A stretch of DNA of 64,000 nucleotides from positions 1 to 64,000 of the IMG/VR virus record IMGVR_UViG_3300004369_000002; one strand, given 5' to 3'. Each line of letters opens with the position of its first letter. Positions within the stretch are counted from its first letter, which is position 1. Below are positions 1 to 8,700 of this stretch, piece after piece. The notes below the pieces were generated by a model. It saw nothing but the letters and a program-made list of their open reading frames with translations, did not search any database and had not been told where the DNA came from. Origin of the DNA: a virus. The position numbers were made by a program, and so were the translations under genes.

Positions 1-238
1 GTTTTACGGCAACTTTGTCAGGTCCGCCTTGTATTTGCATGGCTGAGACAGTTGCGCTAACGGTCGCCATTGACCCAGCAAAACTGGTGATGTCTACGGA
101 CTGTTCTACATAGTTATAGTCGTAGGAGAAGATGATTGCGCTAGAGGTTTGAGCCTCTGCTCGCATGGCGGCTGGACCCAAAAGAACCGCAAAGATGGCG
201 ACGATCAGGAACCACCGCCGACGCAATCTTTCCCGCAT
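1..238 (-). CDS. Exported protein with signal peptide (partial, runs off window start)
   Basis: Not in ORF track. Hand translation from ATG 238 after GGAGG: MRERLRRRWFLIVAIFAVLLGPAAMRAEA|QTSSAIIFSYDY... Basic n-region with RRxFL, hydrophobic h-region, AxA site; open to base 1. Confidence 0.75.
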   Translation of the reverse strand, partial: MRERLRRRWFLIVAIFAVLLGPAAMRAEAQTSSAIIFSYDYNYVEQSVDITSFAGSMATVSATVSAMQIQGGPDKVAVK

Positions 239-260
239 GGCAAACCTCCACCAAAGAAGA

Positions 261-269
261 TTTTACCAT
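261..269 (-). promoter_or_regulatory. Extended -10 promoter (TGG-TAAAAT) for the exported protein
   Basis: Minus strand reads catggTAAAATcttctttggtGGAGGtttgccATG. Confidence 0.55.
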
Positions 270-281
270 GCCTATTACATG

Positions 282-1091
282 TTAGCGTCGGTGAAAAAGC
301 CTATCAATCAAACTCCGAGGCTCTGAATCAGCAAGCCTCTGGGCATTCTTATAAAAAGGCCTACGAGAATCAGGAAAAGTAGAAAACTTCGTTTCCGCAA
401 ACTGCGTCATTTCCATCATCGCCTGAACCTCACGATGAGCAGGAACAGTCTTTGTCAACTTGAAATCCCGGCGAAAAGGAAAAACGTAAAACAAAGGAGT
501 TCCACGTTCAATCGTAAAAGAAGATGTCGCCTGCACACTTATCGCACAATGAAGATCATGGAAGAAATCGGTATGAACCACACCCGGCATAACCCGGTAC
601 TTGGGGTCATAGTTGAAAGGACTTGGAATAACAAGAACTGACCAGTGCTTTGGAGTCCGAACATAAAAAGGAGAAATAACCTTAGGGAAAGGCATTCGCT
701 CGGAGTTGTGTTCCGATATCGGACATTCGCCAACCTGTTCAAAATCGAATTGCGTAGCCTGAAACACCTTAGAAGGAGAATGAATCGCTGGCCCCTGATG
801 ATCCGGGTCATTCACATGAATATGAAAATCACACCAGGCATCCACCTGCCAACCATGAGCCAACAAATCATTGATCCCATAACAACGCCTAAAAGAGCCC
901 TTGTGTGAAGGAAGATCCACCCACCAATCAGGGCGACCACGCTTTAAAGCATTACCCAAAACAGGCATGTGATCCAACAAATAATCATGCTGAGTCCCAA
1001 TGATCACCTCATTACGGCGAGGCTTTGGAACATCACTATAAGAACGAACAGGACCCTTTTTCTTCAAAATACGACGAGAAATTTTGGACAT
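282..1091 (-). CDS. Hypothetical protein, DUF6065-like (paralog of 26311..27015)
   Basis: RRCxGINDL, PGVVHTD, IERGTPLFYVFPFRR motifs. Start moved to ATG 1091, which lies 6 nt after TAAGGT. Confidence 0.55.
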   Translation of the reverse strand: MSKISRRILKKKGPVRSYSDVPKPRRNEVIIGTQHDYLLDHMPVLGNALKRGRPDWWVDLPSHKGSFRRCYGINDLLAHGWQVDAWCDFHIHVNDPDHQGPAIHSPSKVFQATQFDFEQVGECPISEHNSERMPFPKVISPFYVRTPKHWSVLVIPSPFNYDPKYRVMPGVVHTDFFHDLHCAISVQATSSFTIERGTPLFYVFPFRRDFKLTKTVPAHREVQAMMEMTQFAETKFSTFPDSRRPFYKNAQRLADSEPRSLIDRLFHRR

Positions 1092-1097
1092 AAACAC

Positions 1098-1108
1098 ACC
1101 TTAGCCCA
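1098..1108 (-). promoter_or_regulatory. Leaderless promoter, -10 TAAGGT
   Basis: tgggcTAAGGTgtgtttATG on minus strand; no SD. Confidence 0.55.
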
Positions 1109-1116
1109 CAATGAGC

Positions 1117-1143
1117 AAAGCCCCCCGGTTTTACCCGGGGGGC
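1117..1143 (-). terminator. Intrinsic terminator after major capsid gene
   Basis: GC-rich inverted repeat gccccccgg...ccggggggc followed by ttt on minus strand, ~35 nt after the capsid stop. Confidence 0.8.
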
Positions 1144-1178
1144 CGACTCAGCCGGACTCGGTAAGAGTCAGGTCTTTA

Positions 1179-2483
1179 TCAGGAGGGGGCTCCGTCGAAG
1201 GTGACAGCGACGAAGGCCTCCGGACGCTTGACAGCAAGTGCGAGACGCTGCTCGGCGAGGATCACGATAGCGTTGCGCACGAAGAAGTCTGCGTGCTGCT
1301 CGCTGATGCGGATCGAAGCCTGCTCACGGTCGTACAACTGAGCGCCGGTACCGAACGCACCGACGAGAGCGGTGCCCTCGGCGATAGCGGGGGTATCGAC
1401 AACCGGGATGCGCCACAAGCGGGGTTCGCCACCGAGTGCCACGGAGACAGCGACCAGGTACTGGCCGTTGGCGTCCTTGGTCAGTTCGATGTCTTCCCAG
1501 TCGTTCGGGTGGAGAACCACACCGGTCGGCTCGTAGTAAGCCAGGAACGACAGGGTAGCCGCACGACGGATCGCGTCAGCCTTGGTGTCCGGAACCGGAA
1601 GGGTTGCACCAGCCGACCACGAGTAGGTCTGAATACCCGAGGTCTGCAGCACGCCTTCCAGATTCTCACCAGCGCCGTCACCATTGAGGATCTGCTCATC
1701 CTCCTGGAGACGGAGGCCATACATCAGTTCGTTGTCGATGATGGAGCGCAACTGCGGCTCATCAGCGAGAACGTTCCGGTGGGCGGCTTCCCAGTGAGCC
1801 AAGGTGCGAACCGGAGCCTGAGCACCAGCGAAGGTGAAGCCCGACTGCGGCTTGAGGCCGAAGGCGGATCCCGAACGCTCAGCGACAGACGACGCGTTGT
1901 TGGTGAAACCGGTCATCTTGAAGTACTCAATCACCGCAGCGGTGGTGGTACGAACCGGGAACAGGTCACGAACGCGACGGGTACGCATCGGCGGAACCAC
2001 GATCGGGTCACGCTGGATGCTTCCGAAAGCGCCGGGGGTGCCGGTGGGCAGGGCCGAGTAGACGTCCTTCTTGCCGTAAGCCGTCACGTCCTGAGCGTTC
2101 AGGACGAAGGGGCTGGGCATGTTGGCACCGTTACGGCCACCGTCCAGGGCCTTGAACTCTGCCGAGTCCAGGAACACCTCTCCAAGCGAGCGACCGCGGC
2201 TGGGGGCGTAGCCCGCAACTTCGGCAGCCGACTTGGCGGCGACGCTTTCACCCTCGGCGCGCGAGCCCCAAGAGTCGACATCACGCATGGCCTCAAGACC
2301 CTCAATGAGGCCCTTGATTTCCTTGATGTCTGACATGTTCTTGTCGAAGGCGGTCTTCTGGTCGGCAGAAACCTGCACGACTCCGTCTTCAATCTTGAAT
2401 GAATCGGCGATGGCCTTGTTGTCGGCCATCTTGCCTCGTAGCGCACCCTGGAGTTCGCGGAGGCGTCCTTCGTCGAATGACAT
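1179..2483 (-). CDS. Major capsid protein, HK97 fold, with N-terminal delta/scaffold domain
   Basis: Coiled N-terminus; RRVRDLFPV, KPQS, L.DEPQLRSIIDNEL, QILNGDGAGENLEG, LHPNDW, LWRIPVV, FVRNAIVILAEQRLALAVKRPEAF; AGGAG SD. Confidence 0.95.
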   Translation of the reverse strand: MSFDEGRLRELQGALRGKMADNKAIADSFKIEDGVVQVSADQKTAFDKNMSDIKEIKGLIEGLEAMRDVDSWGSRAEGESVAAKSAAEVAGYAPSRGRSLGEVFLDSAEFKALDGGRNGANMPSPFVLNAQDVTAYGKKDVYSALPTGTPGAFGSIQRDPIVVPPMRTRRVRDLFPVRTTTAAVIEYFKMTGFTNNASSVAERSGSAFGLKPQSGFTFAGAQAPVRTLAHWEAAHRNVLADEPQLRSIIDNELMYGLRLQEDEQILNGDGAGENLEGVLQTSGIQTYSWSAGATLPVPDTKADAIRRAATLSFLAYYEPTGVVLHPNDWEDIELTKDANGQYLVAVSVALGGEPRLWRIPVVDTPAIAEGTALVGAFGTGAQLYDREQASIRISEQHADFFVRNAIVILAEQRLALAVKRPEAFVAVTFDGAPS

Positions 2484-2650
2484 GATTTGCTCCTATGAGA
2501 AAGTTGTGGTTTTTGGTGTTTGCTTTGCTGACCAGTAAGGCTCAGGTAAGCACCCAGCCACCGCAGTCACTATGTCAATGTAACACAACGTATTTAGTGT
2601 GTGGTGTAAATAGACCTATGAACCTGTCAACCAGCGATAAAATTTGCTAG

Positions 2651-5143
2651 TTATGGATGGAATTCCTCACAAGTGGTTTCCGTAAACGAAGGCATTCCCT
2701 TGAGGTACGAAAGCGCCTTCGACGGCTTGATTGCCGCCATAATCTTTTTCCAGTCAGTTGAATCGTCGGACTTCTTTTTGGACATCTCTTCAAGAAGCCT
2801 CGTCATAGCGATGCTCCTGCCTCTAGTGACGTTCTGATAATCCTTCAGAATGTATTCCACAGCAAATTCTTCGGCGACAGCCTCTCGTGGGCTAACACCC
2901 GCATAACGGCTGATTCGTTTGCTATCGGCGGGCAGCGAATTGTATGTACCGGAAGGCAACCCGTCTCTAAGAGTGCGATTCCTGACGGCATTAATATTGT
3001 CTTTCTCCAACTCTTGGTTGAGTGCAGAAAATAAAGCAAGACCTGCTTTCTGTCTGAGTATGGCAGGGTCCTCATTCGGAGACTTGCTAAAAAGGTCGTC
3101 GTACATTTCCTTGTACTTTTTATCTATTTCACTATCTGGAATATCGTAATATGCCCTCACTTGAGTAAGAGCATCTGGTGACTCCAGTTCGGCAGTACGC
3201 ATTGACGAGTAATGCCAGGCGTGGCCAAACTCATGTGCCAATAGATAAGACGCGTAAAGTTCATCAAGGTCGTCATTATTTAGATCGTCACTTTCACGCT
3301 TCACAATGTAAGTCAACCCTGTTGTATTCGCGCCCTGTTTGGCTTCCCGCCGAACCGAACTCCTGTTCTTTAAAAGAACATCTTTAATAGACCCGTTCAC
3401 CCAAAGTTCCTGCCTCCACTCAAGCAGGTTTTCGTCTTCCCATTTGTCAACTTCGTAGTCAAAAAAATGACTTGCATCAGCATTCCTGATGTTTTGGAAC
3501 TTTTGTTTTTCAGGTGTCCCAGGACGAGCATCACCAATTGCTCTCAAATTCTTTGCAGTTTCAGGATGAGAAATGGACATATCAAGAAGAGTGTGTACCA
3601 CCCCTCGTTGCCCAGGAGTTAAATCGTCATCCAAAATAAACTTGATATCCGCATTAGGGAATGCCTTGCTGAGAGCCTGAGTTGCTTGTGACCGTGTTTT
3701 TACTTCACCAAATTCTTTGCTCAACCTTTCTGCACGATCAGAAAAAAGTTGTCTCACTCGCGACACTGACGGCACAGAATCAGGTTTCTCGGGTTTCGGA
3801 CCTTCAGATTGTGCAATCAACCTATTCATCTCAGCCGCAGACAACTTTGGCTTTTTCTTCTTTTTCCCGCCAGAACCAAAATCCCTAGCCAAAACTTCAT
3901 TTCGCAACTTCTTCGGCTTCTCCGCAGGCTTCTTAGGTTTCACGACACGCTGATGAATCGTCCCCTCCTGAACAATCCCATCACCATCGGCATCATCAGC
4001 ATTCGCATCAAAAGCAACCCGACTCAACGTCGGCTTCTTCCGACCAGCACCAACACGACGCCTAATCTTCTTGCCAATGCCTTTCTCCTCCCCACCAAAA
4101 GCACCAAACAAAAAACCATCAACGTCAGAACACCCGCAATCCTCACCAGACTTACGCCGACGAAGCCGACCCACCAAACGCCGCTCAGCACGCTCACGAT
4201 CCCGCCGAGCCTGAGGACCAACACCCATACGACGACGATAATCAGACATATTCGTACAAGGCATCCAAACAGTCGTACCATCGGCAGCCTGACGGCGACT
4301 GATACCTATACAACCCAACTGGCGAGAACGAAGACGCGCCGCATCAGGATTCAAGAAAACATCAGGATCTCCAACACGAGGCTTAGCCCGACCTGACAAA
4401 AACGACTTCTCCGACTGGCGAGCACGACGTCCAGCCTCACGTGCCCGTTCCGTATTCGCAACAAACTGTCTTCCTGTTCGGGAACCACGACGCTTCTTAC
4501 GATTAGTGGCCGCACGCTGAGCAGGTGTCAACTTCTCCCATGCTGAACGCGGAAGATACCGGTTCGTGCCACCTTCGCGTATAGCAGGCTTATCATCGGA
4601 TGTGGTCCAATCTTCCCTCGTCCACTTATCCAACGACCGCTGCGGCTTCTTCCGTCCACCCCTATATCCGCCGCCAGCACGACGATACTCCAAAGCCAAC
4701 AACTGTGCTTTCCGAGCAGACCACTGACCAGGCTTGCCACCACGAGAGCCAGCCATGATCCGTTTCTTGATACGTTCACGCAACTCGGGCTTCGTATAGT
4801 TAGCGGCCTTCAACTCCAATAGTTCATACGCTTCGAAATAATCATTCGAATCGGCTTTACCTGAAACAAGACCACCACCAGGCAACGAGTCAATCGAAAT
4901 CACTCCACGCTCACCCAACGGCTCATAGCCAGCAACATTTCGACCTACCCGACGACGCTTTTTCTTCTTGGGGTCATCGGTCTTTTTCTTTTTAGGTTCG
5001 GCACGATCCGAGATGCGCATGAGTTCCTCATGGGAGGAACAAGGCATGAGTTCACCATTGGGGCCCTTGTGCGTTCCCGAACACCCTAGATAGCGAGCCA
5101 TACGGGCTACCATCTCCGGGCGAGGTTCCTCTCGCTTAGCCAT
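2651..5143 (-). CDS. Head-region multidomain protein: two DUF3721-like motifs, DUF5872-like domain, C-terminal HEXXH zinc metallopeptidase
   Basis: LGCSGTH..MPC and LGCIG..WMPC; GGKPGQWSARKAQLLALEY..GGGY..WTREDW..RYLP; LAHEFGHAWH ... ISRYA...EAVAEEFA. Confidence 0.75.
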   Translation of the reverse strand: MAKREEPRPEMVARMARYLGCSGTHKGPNGELMPCSSHEELMRISDRAEPKKKKTDDPKKKKRRRVGRNVAGYEPLGERGVISIDSLPGGGLVSGKADSNDYFEAYELLELKAANYTKPELRERIKKRIMAGSRGGKPGQWSARKAQLLALEYRRAGGGYRGGRKKPQRSLDKWTREDWTTSDDKPAIREGGTNRYLPRSAWEKLTPAQRAATNRKKRRGSRTGRQFVANTERAREAGRRARQSEKSFLSGRAKPRVGDPDVFLNPDAARLRSRQLGCIGISRRQAADGTTVWMPCTNMSDYRRRMGVGPQARRDRERAERRLVGRLRRRKSGEDCGCSDVDGFLFGAFGGEEKGIGKKIRRRVGAGRKKPTLSRVAFDANADDADGDGIVQEGTIHQRVVKPKKPAEKPKKLRNEVLARDFGSGGKKKKKPKLSAAEMNRLIAQSEGPKPEKPDSVPSVSRVRQLFSDRAERLSKEFGEVKTRSQATQALSKAFPNADIKFILDDDLTPGQRGVVHTLLDMSISHPETAKNLRAIGDARPGTPEKQKFQNIRNADASHFFDYEVDKWEDENLLEWRQELWVNGSIKDVLLKNRSSVRREAKQGANTTGLTYIVKRESDDLNNDDLDELYASYLLAHEFGHAWHYSSMRTAELESPDALTQVRAYYDIPDSEIDKKYKEMYDDLFSKSPNEDPAILRQKAGLALFSALNQELEKDNINAVRNRTLRDGLPSGTYNSLPADSKRISRYAGVSPREAVAEEFAVEYILKDYQNVTRGRSIAMTRLLEEMSKKKSDDSTDWKKIMAAIKPSKALSYLKGMPSFTETTCEEFHP

Positions 5144-5433
5144 TAGTCATTTCTCCGGGCACGCTTCGGGTTAAGCATCTCATCGTTCAAAGCACCAAAA
5201 TCGCCTGGAATCACAAACTCGTCATAGTCGCGTTCAAGATTAGGCCAGTTCTCGGCAAGCGAATACTTATAGATCGCACTGTAGAAAGCATCGTCGTCCG
5301 GTTCATCAGCCAACGAGTAAGCAACACGAATGATTTTCCGGGCACGTTCCGGATTTGTAACACGAGCAAAGAACAACTCAATAATATTGTCTTTTTGTTT
5401 TTGAGTCAGAGCCTTAACTTTTTTACTTGCCAT
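5143..5433 (-). CDS. Hypothetical protein (~96 aa)
   Basis: Coupled to neighbours by overlaps; ATG 5433 (MASKK) preferred. Confidence 0.65.
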   Translation of the reverse strand: MASKKVKALTQKQKDNIIELFFARVTNPERARKIIRVAYSLADEPDDDAFYSAIYKYSLAENWPNLERDYDEFVIPGDFGALNDEMLNPKRARRND

Positions 5434-5743
5434 CGTTCTTCGCCTCGTGATCAACAACCCGAATTTTCTTTCCGTTTAACTGCATAAAAGCCTGCGCAAA
5501 CTCGTCATCACCTTCACCGGGGGCAAAAGTTTTTACGCTGGAACGCCCGTCACCAAACAGCATCCCGAAAGGATCATCAGTGGTTCGATGAGCGCTCCAC
5601 AGTTCCCCTGGGTCGGAGAAATATTCAAACCACGTATCGACCTCGGATTCATCACCAACAATCATTGTGGTTTTTCCGTCATATCTGAAAGCCCCAGTTG
5701 GCTCATCGGTATTAAGGTCCAAAAAAATGGCGTAACTGTTCAC
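5423..5743 (-). CDS. Small acidic protein homologous to the N-terminal domain of the 2454-aa protein ('domain X'; putative kinase partner)
   Basis: GTGA overlap with the giant gene stop; MN..DLNTDE..GA...DGK...I....S...W aligns with the giant protein N-terminus. Confidence 0.75.
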   Translation of the reverse strand: MNSYAIFLDLNTDEPTGAFRYDGKTTMIVGDESEVDTWFEYFSDPGELWSAHRTTDDPFGMLFGDGRSSVKTFAPGEGDDEFAQAFMQLNGKKIRVVDHEAKNDGK

Positions 5744-8700
5744 TGGGCACCTCGCGGAATGGAAAGTTTTCTCTTCAAATAATCTCTGTGCTCACTGGCA
5801 CGATCAACCTTAGTCTTCAGATGATCGTAAATTTCACCCAGTCGCTGCTCGCGGACACCCCGAACATCCGCACCGCCTACAGTGTCTGGGGCGCCGATCG
5901 ACATTCGACGAATGAACTCGTCACGTCCACCTGAAATAGCAGAACGATAACGGCTCACCATCTCATCGTAACGTTCCAACATTTCACGACGGAACCGAGT
6001 AGCCTCTGCCCGGCTTAATGACCGAACATGATCCTGCATCTCAGGGAATAGTCGCGAATCCATTGCGAACTTGTATGAGGACACAGGGGCATTCGCGCCC
6101 AGCCATTGGTATTGAGGAAGATTGCCGTAGAAACCAACTGCTACACGCCCCTGGTCGTAAGGAACAACAATCGCATTTCCGTTTTCATCAATGAATGTTC
6201 CACCATTCCTGTTATGACGGTCTGCTGAACCCAAGAAAAAGTTATGGAAGAAGTGTGCAGTTCTTGCAGGCAAGCCACGATCGGGAGCGTTGGCTAGTAA
6301 AGCCGGATCATAATCCGCCGCCCCCCGAGTCAACGGGCCATTCCCTGGGGCAAGGTTTGCTGCATGAGGAATCACCGCAAAAACCGCCTCCTCACCCTGA
6401 CCACGACCTCTCACACGCGGGTTCAACTGCGACGTACCAACATAGCCAGCACCCTCAGGCATAATTCCCACAGCAGCGGCGAGGTTATAACTGGCCACCT
6501 CGGCGTAAACGTCATCCATAATGCCTTGGCCGACTTGGTTGGGCCGAGAACCCTTGATTACGAGACCCTGGTTGGTTGGCCTACCGTCTGCATCTCGTAA
6601 CAAGAAAATACGAGTATCCGCTATGTTGCCGTCACGCGGAGGCTTCTCGTAGAACATTGAACCAGGATCAACCTCGGTTCGTGACGAGTTGGCTTGAATT
6701 GCCGAAATCCAATATTGATTTGGAACTTCGCTGAGGCTTCCGCCACTGCGCAAGAAATTGGCTGCCTGCTCGGAAGATTTGATAGAAGCATTCTCAATGA
6801 GACGTGGCTCGGGAAGGTCCCCGGGAGCAACTACAGGTGTAGCAATCTGTCCTCGGCGCTCATCCGGCGGTTGAGGACGAACAAACCCACGAAGCATGTG
6901 ACCGCCATGAACATCAACACCACGACGGTTCAATTGAACGTCAGCGGCATCAGTGGATTCATCAACAGCGTCAAATGAATGCTGGTCTAAGTACAAAGTT
7001 CCGCTACTCAACGGAGCGTTCGACCTCATCCATGCTTTAACTTTATTGATGCGAGCACGCCTGTCGTTGTCGGAACCACCATGCTCTAGAGCGTAGATAA
7101 GTTCCATACGGCTTGGTGAGGTACGACCATCATAATTTACTGCGTTTGCGCGACGAGCAAGTTCAGTGATCATTCGCGCCTGATCCTCAGTCGTAACAAT
7201 GCTGGAGCGTCCTGCACGGAACTTGAGGACTTCGTTGGCTGCTAGATTCCACAGTTCTCGCTGTGAATAACCATCACGGTATCCGACACGACCCCAGATA
7301 TAAGGACCATCAGATGCTGCACCAACTCCAACTCTGTCGAAACCGGCATCCTTCAACCAACCCCATGAATGCCCATTGAGGGCAGTGGCAACACCCATGC
7401 CTTTGAGGATGTGATGATCGTCAGGCATCGGGGTGCCGTCACTATATTTCCATACGTTCCCATCGCGCGTTACGCGTCGACCAGTGATCATGTCAATATC
7501 GCTTGTTGATGCAGTCTGGTAACTGTCGTGGCCCACAGAGAAAACAGAACTGGAAATCTTTCCATCGCTGCCGATCATGCGCGTAAAGGCGCCGACATTG
7601 TTTGACACCTCGGTTCCATCAGCCATTTTTGCAACAAGTCTTCCGTAAATGCTAATGGTGCCTCTGCTGAACTGAACATCGCTGACGACAGAACGCACGG
7701 ATGTTCCTTGTGGTCCTTCTACTTCTATTTCGTAAAGATTCTTCACCCACTCTTTAATTTTGCGTTTTTCCTCGGGTGTTCCGTTCGCCAATTTGTCAGC
7801 CATGGTCGCTGCAGTCAATGGATGTTCACCGCCATTGCGACGCTTATAGTTATCCCACGGATTACCCGTATCATTCGGATACTTCTTGCGGAAAACGGCA
7901 GTGAGCGACCGACGACGCTTCTTCTGTGCATTTTCAAGAATGCCGTCAATCATGGCAGCGGCTTCACTGTCAGTACTAATTAGATCCTGAACACCGTTAA
8001 CCACACCATTGGGCTCATTCACAACTCGCTGAGCACCAAGACCGGGATCAGGAGCCTGAGGAATACCCCACGCAGCCTGAATTGCGCGCTTACGATTCTC
8101 CAACTGCTGCCGTGTCAGCGAAGTGCGCGTCATCGACAACGCAACATATTGACCCAAATACTTTTGAAGCACATCATCTGATTGCACCCACCTACCGGCA
8201 GCAGCAATAGCACCACGGTCCAACAAATTATCAATGTCAGCCAGGCGTCGTTCATCTGCAGCCCTATCGACACCAATAGGTGCCTGATAAATATCGCGCG
8301 CACGATCAGCAACCTGACTGGCATGACCTTGAGCCAAAAGAAGTTGACGGGTCAGTTCATTGGGCGTTTCCTCAAAAAGACCCTGATCGCGTTCCCGAAG
8401 ATCTCTCTCTGACTTATACCTCTGACCCAAAGCACGCAAGAAGTTGCGCCCATCACCATCACCCTCAAGCCCCACACGCGCAGCATCAACCATCGCCTGA
8501 TACGACGCCACCCACGAATCAACATCAGACTTCAACTCATCGATACGCCCTTCAATTGTCTGAGGCATATCACCAGGAACTGTCCGGTTATACAACAACT
8601 CGCGATTTCGCCTGATATTTTCGGCATGACGTTTCATCGAAGAAGCAGCAACCGCCATACGGTTAGCGTCGTCGCGACCCATCCCTATACGACGACGCAA

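Noticed and set aside
969-2333. 454-aa plus-strand ORF antisense to the capsid gene
   Set aside because: Shadow frame produced by codon bias of a strongly expressed gene; no SD or recognisable motifs
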